The position numbers were made by a program, and so were the translations under genes. From Promethearchaeum syntrophicum (GTDB taxonomy: Archaea > Asgardarchaeota > Lokiarchaeia > Sigyniarchaeales > Promethearchaeaceae), in assembly GCF_008000775.2 (NCBI RefSeq), contig NZ_CP042905.2, forward strand, positions 870,001 through 902,000: a DNA stretch of 32,000 nucleotides, read 5' to 3'. This document shows, in pieces, positions 14,812-23,133 of this stretch (the stretch's first letter is position 1; the number at the start of each line of letters is the position of its first letter). The notes beneath the pieces are model-generated. The model worked only from the letters and a program-made list of their open reading frames with translations, made no database searches and was not told the DNA's origin.

Positions 14812-15621
14812 TCATAATATTATTGAAAATTCGGAATCCTTGATGGTTATTTTAAACTTATAGTAGAGTTTGGATAAAATATTTTTTAGATTTGTAGTAT
14901 GTCTTTGATTTTCTAAAATTTTTATAGTTCTGTAGCCCAAAACATATAGTCCCTCTGCAATTTTATCTTGAAAATCAGGTAAATTATTTGAAACAGCTAT
15001 TAATCTTATATAATCTTCTAATATTTCATTTAACTTCTGCGGATTAAAAATATGGATGGTTATATCCGCTCTTTCAGGGCTGAATGGACTGTGCCTATCG
15101 CGATCCCAATAAGAACCACCTCTCGACGAGAAGGAGGGACGGTATCTTCCAAACATGCATGTTACTTTTTCGCTCGAGAGTGCATTAAAAATAACTGTGT
15201 TTGTATGGCGGGGAAGATAGCCGATTCTACTTTTTTCAAACCAAACACTGACTGCATGGGAATCATATTGATTATATGGTTCGGGTTTTAAGGTAAAAAT
15301 TGTTCCTTGGGGCAGTCTTTTCAGAATATGTCCATTTTTTGTATAATAAATTCCTACAATTTGTTGATAGTAGATTGTATCGGGAGATTGGGATGGAATT
15401 TTAGGAAATATTGGGGAGATTTCTAAATATTGTTTATGATTTTGATATTTCTTTCCTGAAAAGTGGTTTTCGTGGCATTCAGAACAATAGTAGCCAATTT
15501 CTGAATTGTTTAGTAACCTTTTGAACAGAGGCAGAATTTCGGATAAAATTCCCGCTTTATTATTAAATCGGGGATTCACAAAATTTGCTAAAAGATTATT
15601 ATATTGTTGCAATTCGTTCAT
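14812..15621 (-). CDS. HIRAN domain protein with an N-terminal CxxC...H...H putative zinc finger and an uncharacterised C-terminal domain
   Basis: HIRAN consensus at aa 86-160 (about nt 15142..15366): IVGIYYTKNGHILKRLPQGTIFTLKPEPYNQYDSHAVSVWFEKSRIGYLPRHTNTVIF. Zn-finger-like YYCSECHENHFSGKKYQNH at aa 44-62. An SD-like GGGGTGG lies upstream of the ATG. Confidence 0.75.
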   Translation of the reverse strand: MNELQQYNNLLANFVNPRFNNKAGILSEILPLFKRLLNNSEIGYYCSECHENHFSGKKYQNHKQYLEISPIFPKIPSQSPDTIYYQQIVGIYYTKNGHILKRLPQGTIFTLKPEPYNQYDSHAVSVWFEKSRIGYLPRHTNTVIFNALSSEKVTCMFGRYRPSFSSRGGSYWDRDRHSPFSPERADITIHIFNPQKLNEILEDYIRLIAVSNNLPDFQDKIAEGLYVLGYRTIKILENQRHTTNLKNILSKLYYKFKITIKDSEFSIIL

Positions 15622-16018
15622 CTAGTCCACCCCAGAAAAATTTTCTTATTAATCTTACGATATCTTATTGATTTTTACATCTTACTTCTTCTTTCTATTT
15701 AAACATCGAAATTCGATTTAGATTTTGTATTAATTCTTAATTTATTTTCTTTGGTTTCACTTCTTATATAATTTTTATAAATAGGGTTTTTAATATTCAT
15801 GCTTAATGGCTAATTAGGATTATTAATGCCAAAATCTTTTCCCTCCTTGTTTTTTACTTTATTTTATACCATATGTTTCATATGATTCAGTCCAATCAGA
15901 TTGGTCACCATGATTCATTAGTAAAAAACATATGTATCTATCCTACTAATAATAACACAAGGTTTTTTTTTTAGTGTCACAGATATTTTGTTAATAAAGA
16001 ACCTTTAGGTGAATCTTT

Positions 16019-16933
16019 ATGTCAGCGAAAAAAGAATATAAAGTTGGAGACTTGATCATCGATGATGAGTATGGAACCATCGATTCTACTGCTTCCGTAG
16101 TGGAAGCTGCCCAGAAAATAAAAGAATTAAAAGTTCCTGATCTAGTGGTAGTTGATGATAAGTCAAAAAATGTGTTAGGCGTCATTGCGGATTATGATAT
16201 TGTCCAAAATGTTGTAGCTGAGGGAAAAGATCCCAAAAACACACTAGTTACTGATGCAATGTATATCATTACTCCTGTATCTCGAGAAACTCCCGTCAAG
16301 GAATGCTTCAAAGTGATGCAAGAAATGAATGTAAATGTTGTGCCCGTAATAGAAGAAGATAAGTTATTGGGTGTTGCTTCTATTCAAGATTGTTGGTCTT
16401 ACATTCCGGATGAAAATCCAGATGATATTGGATTGATTAGCGTAGCAAATCCAAAGACAATGGAATTTTATGTCGCAAGTATGGTCACGCTTTTAGCATT
16501 TATTTTTGGGATTCTAATGCCAGCGATTGGTGTCTATGGATTTTTTAATGAAACTGGAAATATTCCTTCGATGGGGGAGTTTGTACCAAGAGAAGGAGCA
16601 ATATGGGTATCAGTTCTCATTTGCAACTATGCTGTGTTAATACTTGGAGTTCTCACTCTATTTTCAATCTTCTATGGAGGTATTTCTGATATGCGGAATT
16701 TTTATGTTTCCAATGTTATAAAAATACTAATTCCTTATATCACGATTGGATTGATGATACTACAATGGATATTGTATGCAATGGCTTTTAGAACGACAGC
16801 GGGTGCTTCAGTAGATGGAGTTGGGTTGTTCTTTTCGATATTATCTATGCTTTTATTGCTTTTAGCAATTAATCGCGATATTATGTTTAAAACCCAAGGA
16901 AAACCATCAGCAGAACAAGAGGTGGCAAGTTAA
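16019..16933 (+). CDS. CBS-pair domain protein fused to a 4-TM membrane domain
   Basis: Two CBS repeats (TASVVEAAQKIKELKVPDLVVVDDKSKNVLGVIADYDIV and ETPVKECFKVMQEMNVNVVPVIEEDKLLGVASIQD) are followed by hydrophobic helices. The SD-like AGGTGA lies 7 nt before the ATG. Confidence 0.8.
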   Translation: MSAKKEYKVGDLIIDDEYGTIDSTASVVEAAQKIKELKVPDLVVVDDKSKNVLGVIADYDIVQNVVAEGKDPKNTLVTDAMYIITPVSRETPVKECFKVMQEMNVNVVPVIEEDKLLGVASIQDCWSYIPDENPDDIGLISVANPKTMEFYVASMVTLLAFIFGILMPAIGVYGFFNETGNIPSMGEFVPREGAIWVSVLICNYAVLILGVLTLFSIFYGGISDMRNFYVSNVIKILIPYITIGLMILQWILYAMAFRTTAGASVDGVGLFFSILSMLLLLLAINRDIMFKTQGKPSAEQEVAS

Positions 16934-16934
16934 A

Positions 16935-18419
16935 ATGCCTCGCGGCGGCGGATTTGGTGGTGGAGGATTTCGTGGTGGTAGCTTCGGAGGAGGATTTCGC
17001 GGTAGTAGGAGCAGTTTTAGTAGCAGTTTTAGACCTAGCCAAAACCGTACTAGACTGCCATTCGGTCGAACGGGGGGGCATAGATCAGTAGCAGGCGGTA
17101 GGGCTGGTCCATATTCCCATCATTATCATCATCGTAGTCGACACTACTATAGAAGACCATGGTATAGACGTTGGTGGTATTCTCCGTGGTGGGGGTACTA
17201 TTATCGACCATGGTATTACTCTCCCGTATATGTAGGAGGGGGAATTGTGTTTGCGATTATTCTTCTATTGATATTTTTACCGTTAATGGGGGTTGTATTC
17301 GCTTTTCCAGGAAGTAGCTATGACGCGAGCGGGACCGTGAATTATCGATCGACAGAGACTCTATATTTCAATGAGTACTGGTATGAATATGAAAAAATTG
17401 ATTCTGGATCATCAATGACATTCACGATTCAGAGCTCATCGGAACCAGTTTCGTTTGCAATTGCTGATCATCCTTTTGATGATTTTCCTTTGACTACTAA
17501 AACAAGTAGCGGAAACTTTTCAATCGATCTCCAACCCAATTATTATGAATACTATTCAATATTCTTACGAAGTGGGTCCAACGTTCAATTTGATTTCAAT
17601 GCCAGCGCGGAAATTGATTTCTTCATAGTAAATATTCAAGAGTTTAATGATTGGTATTACGAAGACCCAACAAGCTTCTATTATGAGAATGCGAATATTT
17701 CAGCGGATGTAGGGACATATTATGTTGGGACTACTGAGGATGTATATTTGGTCTGGTATAATAATTATAATTCTTCCAATGTAGCGGTTGATATATTGTT
17801 ATCATACGAAGCAGTGAATGTGCCCGATTTTAGTGGAGCATTATATTCTGAAGAAGAGGTGTATTCTATCGCAGAAACTAACGTAGATATACCTTCAGAC
17901 GGGACTTGGTATTTCTTTGTCTATTTCGATCCAATGTATAGTTCTGCTTACGAAACAGAAATAACTTTTGATGTTACATATGAAACAGACAATACCTCTA
18001 TTGACGAGTGGATTAATATAAGACCAACTCTGATCTTTTTTGGAGTAGTAATTGGATTAGTAATTATTTTTGCAGTAGCCGCTCGGAGAACGCAAAAACA
18101 GAAGAAATTTAAAGCAGGGGCTCAACCTGCTACAGCTCAGACTACAACTACAACCACAGCAGCTAAACCCCCTACCTATGGAAAACCATCTCAAATGACT
18201 CTAAGTTCCAAATCTGGCTCTACATGTATGAGATGTGGGGCAGCTATGAATCCTGGAGACCAATTTTGCACAAGTTGTGGGGGAAAAGTCTCAGGTCGAA
18301 GTACAAGTTCAACAACAAGAAGAACTCCACTAAATTCAAAAGTATGCAGCTATTGCGGTAGTAAATTAGAACCAATTGACAATTTCTGTCAATACTGTGG
18401 GACAAAAGTCGGAAAGTAA
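16935..18419 (+). CDS. Bitopic/two-TM membrane protein: RGG/FGG plus Arg/Trp/Tyr low-complexity N-terminus, extracytoplasmic Tyr/Asn-rich domain, Thr/Ala linker, C-terminal double zinc ribbon
   Basis: The N-terminus reads MPRGGGFGGGGFRGGSFGGGFRGSRSS...HHYHHRSRHYYRRPWYRRWWYSPWWGYYYRPWYYSPVY. TM helices are at about aa 101-124 and 365-385. The C-terminus has CMRCGAAMNPGDQFCTSCG and CSYCGSKLEPIDNFCQYCG. The ATG is 1 nt after the CBS gene stop and is preceded by GAGGTGG. Confidence 0.75.
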   Translation: MPRGGGFGGGGFRGGSFGGGFRGSRSSFSSSFRPSQNRTRLPFGRTGGHRSVAGGRAGPYSHHYHHRSRHYYRRPWYRRWWYSPWWGYYYRPWYYSPVYVGGGIVFAIILLLIFLPLMGVVFAFPGSSYDASGTVNYRSTETLYFNEYWYEYEKIDSGSSMTFTIQSSSEPVSFAIADHPFDDFPLTTKTSSGNFSIDLQPNYYEYYSIFLRSGSNVQFDFNASAEIDFFIVNIQEFNDWYYEDPTSFYYENANISADVGTYYVGTTEDVYLVWYNNYNSSNVAVDILLSYEAVNVPDFSGALYSEEEVYSIAETNVDIPSDGTWYFFVYFDPMYSSAYETEITFDVTYETDNTSIDEWINIRPTLIFFGVVIGLVIIFAVAARRTQKQKKFKAGAQPATAQTTTTTTAAKPPTYGKPSQMTLSSKSGSTCMRCGAAMNPGDQFCTSCGGKVSGRSTSSTTRRTPLNSKVCSYCGSKLEPIDNFCQYCGTKVGK

Positions 18420-18509
18420 TTTTAACTTCCTTTTTTTTTTTATTTTTATTTTTTATTTATCTCTTCTGCTTCAGAAATTTTATAAGTATGTACTATCCAA
18501 AATTGTTAT

Positions 18510-19475
18510 ATGGCGGAATTAGAACTCTCTGGAGGAATAGTGTTTATTTTATTTCTTTTCGGAAGTGTATTTTTCCTTGTTGAATTGTATCATGAGAAAA
18601 TTCATCTAAATGACTCAATTATTGCCGGAATCTCTATTTCGTACTTCTTTTTAATTGTTCTCCCTGAAATTTCTGAAAATTTACCCGAATTTCCACTTCA
18701 ATTAACCGCTTTTGAATATTTCTTTGTGTTATTGGGATTTGCCTTCAATCACTTAAGTGAAAAATTTATCTTACAGCGAGTTGAATCCAATACCCAACAT
18801 AGTGCTCGAGATTTGGTACATATGGAGAGTAATTTAGAACTTGTTGAAAAAAGTCTTGAAATTATGATTTCCGATGAATTGCACTTGGATCATCATGATG
18901 AAGATGCTCTTCGTGAACTCACAGGAACCTTAATCAGTCTTCAAAATCAGGAAAAACAATTTTTATCAGAAATTGAGCAGAAAAAAGCTACTATTCATGA
19001 TCATATTTTGGAACATCTCAATCTATTGCGTCGGATTACGTCCTTTGTTTATCATTTCCTAATTGGAATCATCATAGTTGGGCTGATTCAAGTAGAAATC
19101 GTAGCAGTCCTTCTCTTCTTTTTCTTTGCATTGTTTAATACATTGATTTCTAGCCGCTATAAACGCCGGGTTGTTTTTTCAGATTTAGATATTACTGTTG
19201 AATTTGAAGATGAAGGCTTTAAAAAGATTTTGTTATCATTAGCGAGTCTGTTGGGTATCATTGCAGGTCTGATTCTTAACTTAATCTTTTCTTTAAATCT
19301 TGAAATACTTTATCTTATGTTTTCTTTCATATCTGGGGTAATTTTGTATACCATCGTCCGATATGTTATTCCAGAAAAAGAAAAGGGACGACCTTGGCTC
19401 TTTTTATTAAGTTTAATCGGGTTCAGTATCTTCGTATTATTGTTAAAGGTAATCCTCCATCTTGAATTATGGTAA
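18510..19475 (+). CDS. Polytopic membrane protein with a long His/Asp/Glu-rich helical central loop; weak ZIP-like (metal transporter) features
   Basis: Three N-terminal and about five C-terminal TM helices flank a loop containing HLDHHDED. Segments FFLIVLPEISE, VYHFLIGIIIVG and GVILYTIVRYVIPEKE faintly recall ZIP-family helices. The family call is not secure. Confidence 0.5.
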   Translation: MAELELSGGIVFILFLFGSVFFLVELYHEKIHLNDSIIAGISISYFFLIVLPEISENLPEFPLQLTAFEYFFVLLGFAFNHLSEKFILQRVESNTQHSARDLVHMESNLELVEKSLEIMISDELHLDHHDEDALRELTGTLISLQNQEKQFLSEIEQKKATIHDHILEHLNLLRRITSFVYHFLIGIIIVGLIQVEIVAVLLFFFFALFNTLISSRYKRRVVFSDLDITVEFEDEGFKKILLSLASLLGIIAGLILNLIFSLNLEILYLMFSFISGVILYTIVRYVIPEKEKGRPWLFLLSLIGFSIFVLLLKVILHLELW

Positions 19476-19490
19476 GAAAAAGTGAAAAGA

Positions 19491-20165
19491 TTATTTCTTA
19501 TATATGTCATCTGACTCCCGCTTATTTACCAGCGGATGAATACTTCTGATTGGGATAGAAGAAATATATAAAATTTGATTCGGACCTTCATCTATTTCCT
19601 TAATAACCCTAAATTTTTTAACTTTTTCTTGAAATTCATTAACCATCTCTAAATATTCTTTGGTATCCTCTTTATTCTTTAATGATATTGACAATAATGA
19701 AAAAATCATTGCATCTCCATAGTTACCTTCATTTTTCTTACTCAACTCAACAAGTCGTTGTGCATCTTCCAAATAGACATTACTGGCAAATTTTGTAATA
19801 TTATGGTTAAAACTGGATAGTGATTTAAGAATAAGAGACATTTTATGATACAAATTTACAGTATACTCCTTATCTGGTATGGCATTAATAAATTTATTCG
19901 ATTTGGAAAATATATCAGATCCATATGAGGAAATCTTGTAAAATTTTCCCCATGATTGGGTGCTTTCTTTTTGATCTATTATAATTAAATTTAATTGAGT
20001 AAGAATTTTTAGCTGGCGCAATATTGCGGGTTCTGATTTTCCCAAACATTTTGCAATATGCTTTAAATTTAATGAGCCAAACATTTTAAGGGCAAAGAGA
20101 ATTCCAAATTTGGTTTCATCACCTAAAAGTTCAAAATACTTAACTAATTCAGGTTCTAGGTCCAT
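19491..20165 (-). CDS. Winged helix-turn-helix (ArsR/PadR-like) transcriptional regulator with an extended C-terminal domain
   Basis: The N-terminus FELLGDETKFGILFALKMFGSLNLKHIAKCLGKSEPAILRQLKILTQLNLI fits an ArsR-type wHTH. It is divergently transcribed from the MFS gene at 20342. Confidence 0.65.
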   Translation of the reverse strand: MDLEPELVKYFELLGDETKFGILFALKMFGSLNLKHIAKCLGKSEPAILRQLKILTQLNLIIIDQKESTQSWGKFYKISSYGSDIFSKSNKFINAIPDKEYTVNLYHKMSLILKSLSSFNHNITKFASNVYLEDAQRLVELSKKNEGNYGDAMIFSLLSISLKNKEDTKEYLEMVNEFQEKVKKFRVIKEIDEGPNQILYISSIPIRSIHPLVNKRESDDIYKK

Positions 20166-20217
20166 TAATTAATTTTAATCATTTTGGCTTTAAAAATTTA
20201 TTTCATTTCCTAATTTA

Positions 20218-20312
20218 TTTCAAATTGAAAGAAATATTTAAATATCTAAAGTTATTCTTATCTTTTGAAATTAATTTCAACTTGAAATATTTTGTTGAAA
20301 TTGATTTGAAAA
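20218..20312. promoter_or_regulatory. Cluster of TTGAAA/TTTCAA half-sites (candidate operator) in the divergent regulator/MFS intergenic region
   Basis: Palindrome TTTCAA-A-TTGAAA at 20218..20230. Composite TTGAAAT-TA-ATTTCAA-C-TTGAAAT at 20265..20288. Further TTGAAA copies at 20295 and 20306. Confidence 0.4.
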
Positions 20313-20341
20313 TTGATTAATACTACTGGTGAAACTTACTT

Positions 20342-21652
20342 ATGTCAACAGAATTAGATAATACTAATGAAAAATCAAAATTATCAGAATTAGAAACCCA
20401 AAACTACAGACAATTTAAACGTTTATGGTTTGGGCAGATTATTTCAATTTTAGGTTCGGAGATTGTTCAATTCGCGTTAATCTGGTGGATTACAATAGAA
20501 ACAGAAAGTGCATTCTTATTGTCTTTATCCATGTTTTTAGCTTTCATTCCAGCCATAATCATTGGTCCCTTTGCTGGAGTTTTAGTGGACAAATGGGATA
20601 AAAAGAAATTGGTTGTGATCACCGATTTATTACAAGCCCTTACAACTGTTATGTTGATACTATCATTCTATCTCGGATTTGGGAGTATTTGGTATATTAT
20701 TGGTCTCAATTTCTTACGGGCGGTCTTTCAGTCGTTTCATTCTCCTGCTTTAATGACCATTGTTTCTTTGATGGTACCCAAAGAAAAATTAACCCGTATA
20801 AACGGTATCAGTCAACTTTTCACCGCTCTCTCCCAGATGCTTGGGCCTATATTTGGAGCCTTGCTTATGTCAGTTATTCCAAGAATTGAAAACATCCTAT
20901 GGGTGGATGTAATTACATTTCTATTTGCAATAATCTTGTTAATAAAGGTTAAAATTCCGAAAATTGAACCTGAAGTAAAGGATTTGCAATCAGAGCAGGC
21001 ATTTAAAGCTAAATTCAAGGAAGGTTTCCAAATTATTCGAAATGTGAAAGGTTTAACAACAATATTATTCCTTGCTATGCTAGCAAACTTCTTATTAATG
21101 CCAATAAATACACAATTTTCTCTATTCATTTATCGAGATCACAGTGGTACTGAAATGGATATGGCATTCGTTTCTGCAGGGATGCAATTCGCTATAGTTG
21201 CAGGAGCAATTGCATCATCTGCAAAAAAAGAGTGGAAGAATAAAGTGAATATTTTTTTGCTCGGAATATTGTTTACTTTTATCGGTATTGCGATTATTGC
21301 TTTAACTCCCTACCAGCAATTCTGGGTGATGTTCGTTGGAAGTCTTATTGGATTTTTTGGTGTTCCGCTTCTACAAACAATGCTAAGGACGATTATCCAA
21401 GTTACAATTCCGCCTGAAGCCATGGGGCGAGTTGGATCTATTCTCCGTTTTATGACTTCAGTAGCAATGCCTTTAGGCATTATTCTTTCGGGTCCTATTG
21501 CTGATTTAATCGGCATTCAATACCTTTTTCTATCAGCTGCAATTCTAGGAATAATCGTGGTGGGATTGACGTATGCTTTTTCACCGATTCGGCATATGAA
21601 TGATTCGGAATTTGGTAAAAATATTACAGTTGTAGAGCCAATTGAAGCATAA
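20342..21652 (+). CDS. MFS transporter (EntS/MFS_3-like efflux type)
   Basis: The N-terminus NYRQFKRLWFGQIISILGSEIVQFALIWW is typical of this MFS subfamily. Motif GVLVDKWDKKKL; 12 TM helices. GGTGA lies 9 nt before the ATG. Confidence 0.85.
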   Translation: MSTELDNTNEKSKLSELETQNYRQFKRLWFGQIISILGSEIVQFALIWWITIETESAFLLSLSMFLAFIPAIIIGPFAGVLVDKWDKKKLVVITDLLQALTTVMLILSFYLGFGSIWYIIGLNFLRAVFQSFHSPALMTIVSLMVPKEKLTRINGISQLFTALSQMLGPIFGALLMSVIPRIENILWVDVITFLFAIILLIKVKIPKIEPEVKDLQSEQAFKAKFKEGFQIIRNVKGLTTILFLAMLANFLLMPINTQFSLFIYRDHSGTEMDMAFVSAGMQFAIVAGAIASSAKKEWKNKVNIFLLGILFTFIGIAIIALTPYQQFWVMFVGSLIGFFGVPLLQTMLRTIIQVTIPPEAMGRVGSILRFMTSVAMPLGIILSGPIADLIGIQYLFLSAAILGIIVVGLTYAFSPIRHMNDSEFGKNITVVEPIEA

Positions 21653-21654
21653 AC

Positions 21655-21978
21655 TTGATGAAATATGAAAATTTATGTAAATTGAAAAATTTGTATGGGG
21701 TCTTTTTTTTTCTGATATTTTTTTCTTTCATAGTTATGAGTCCAATTCCTAAACCACTAAATAAGCGCGATTTGAAAGATCTATTGGATAAATTGTTCTT
21801 TTTCTATCCTACGGCGGATTATCCTCAGTTGAAAGTGCTAACTCATAATATCTTGAAACTGATTACCAAATATTTCAATTTTGGTGAGAAAGAAATTGAC
21901 GAGTTTGCATTCAAGATGTTGTCCGATTATGTGAATTTCCAAGCGGGGCAACCTCCCTACGAAGGTCCGCATGCTTAG
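21655..21978 (+). CDS. Hypothetical small protein
   Basis: ORF lying 2 nt after the MFS stop (TTG at 21655, ATG at 21658). Hydrophobic N-terminus. No motif recognised. Confidence 0.4.
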   Translation: MMKYENLCKLKNLYGVFFFLIFFSFIVMSPIPKPLNKRDLKDLLDKLFFFYPTADYPQLKVLTHNILKLITKYFNFGEKEIDEFAFKMLSDYVNFQAGQPPYEGPHA

Positions 21979-22082
21979 CAAAACAGAACTAAGACTGTAA
22001 TTCTACGTTTATCAGCTAAATTCTTATCCAATAATTAATAAGGGCAACAATAATAGTATATTTCACTGATACATATTTTAAG

Positions 22083-23108
22083 GTGAAAATTTTGAATAAA
22101 GAAAAAGTTTTAATTACTGGAGCATCAAGTGGAATTGGATTAACTTGTGCGATTTATTTAACCTATAAAGGGTATAAAGTAATAGGAACTTCGCGACATC
22201 CTGAAAAATTAAATAATGACCTGTTGAAAAACCGCTATTTGGAAATGCTTACTAAATATACTATAACCCATCTAAAATCTTCCCAAGAAACTCTCGTTAA
22301 GGGGAAAATCCAGATCCCTGATGAAATTTTTGAGAATTTAGACAATTTAATTGAGAAAATTGAGTTTAAACCTTTGGATGTTACTAACTCTAATTCAGTT
22401 TCAGAAATAATACCGTTGCTTATGGCTGAGGGAGTGAGAATCATAGTAAATAATGCTGGTTCTGGATTTTTTGGTCCCATTGAAACCCTCTCAATTGATC
22501 ATTCAAAAGAACAATTAGATCTGAATTATTTTGGACAAATACGGGTTATTCAAAATGCTCTACCCTATATGCGGAATGATGGGGGAATAATTGTAAATAT
22601 GGCTTCTTTAGGAGGATATATCCCCTTGCCATTCCATTCTCATTATTCTTCATCAAAATCTGCCCTTAGAATGTTAACAGAAACTCTTAGGCTTGAACTT
22701 CAACCTTTTAATATCAAAGTCGTTTCGCTAAATCCGGGGGTTATCAATACACCATTTAATGTGAATATGCACACTCCAAAAGCAGGAAGTGGACCAGATT
22801 CTTACGATTATCAAGAAGAGAATAGTATCACAACATTAAAAAAATTATTAAATGCACTTCCAACACCCAAAGAATCTCCGTATTATTCCGCTGCAAAACA
22901 AACTTGGGAAACAGTAGTTAGAAATATGATACGCGGACCATCACCTCAAATTGTTGCTGAGAAATTATATAAAATTATTACATCAAAGAATCCTAAAGTA
23001 CATTATATTTCATCAAATTTTATCCAAAGGTTTGGGTATTTCTTGATGCGGCGGATTACTTCTGATAAGTTGAAGATATTCATCACACGAAAATTTTACG
23101 GGATATAA
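22083..23108 (+). CDS. Short-chain dehydrogenase/reductase (SDR) family oxidoreductase with an insertion after beta-2
   Basis: Cofactor motif VLITGASSGIGLTCA, then NNAG and the catalytic YSSSK (YxxxK). The likely true start is the TTG at 22092 (MNKEKVLITG...), because the AAGGTGA SD-like motif overlaps the GTG at 22083. Confidence 0.85.
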   Translation: MKILNKEKVLITGASSGIGLTCAIYLTYKGYKVIGTSRHPEKLNNDLLKNRYLEMLTKYTITHLKSSQETLVKGKIQIPDEIFENLDNLIEKIEFKPLDVTNSNSVSEIIPLLMAEGVRIIVNNAGSGFFGPIETLSIDHSKEQLDLNYFGQIRVIQNALPYMRNDGGIIVNMASLGGYIPLPFHSHYSSSKSALRMLTETLRLELQPFNIKVVSLNPGVINTPFNVNMHTPKAGSGPDSYDYQEENSITTLKKLLNALPTPKESPYYSAAKQTWETVVRNMIRGPSPQIVAEKLYKIITSKNPKVHYISSNFIQRFGYFLMRRITSDKLKIFITRKFYGI

Positions 23109-23133
23109 AAAGATAAATTCTTTATTTCTGATT

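Noticed and set aside
12551-15990. Integrated element or prophage remnant at the tRNA(CAU) gene
   Set aside because: I found no integrase or recombinase gene, no duplicated tRNA 3'-end (att) sequence and no viral hallmark genes. The accessory-looking genes sit on the 5' side of the tRNA, not the usual 3' integration side. I kept only the weaker idea of a possible accessory module as a finding.
20689-21516. ORF-track ORFs 20689..20889 (+), 20812..21129 (-) and 21310..21516 (-)
   Set aside because: All are embedded in or antisense to the well-supported MFS gene 20342..21652 and have no motifs. The same reasoning rejects 3366..3587, 3500..3691, 4693..4875, 6036..6233, 9646..9906, 10084..10302, 10455..10640, 15052..15291, 15991..16185, 16887..17081, 19310..19510, 22235..22480, 24406..24597, 24657..24935, 25505..25705, 30156..30350 and 31050..31364.
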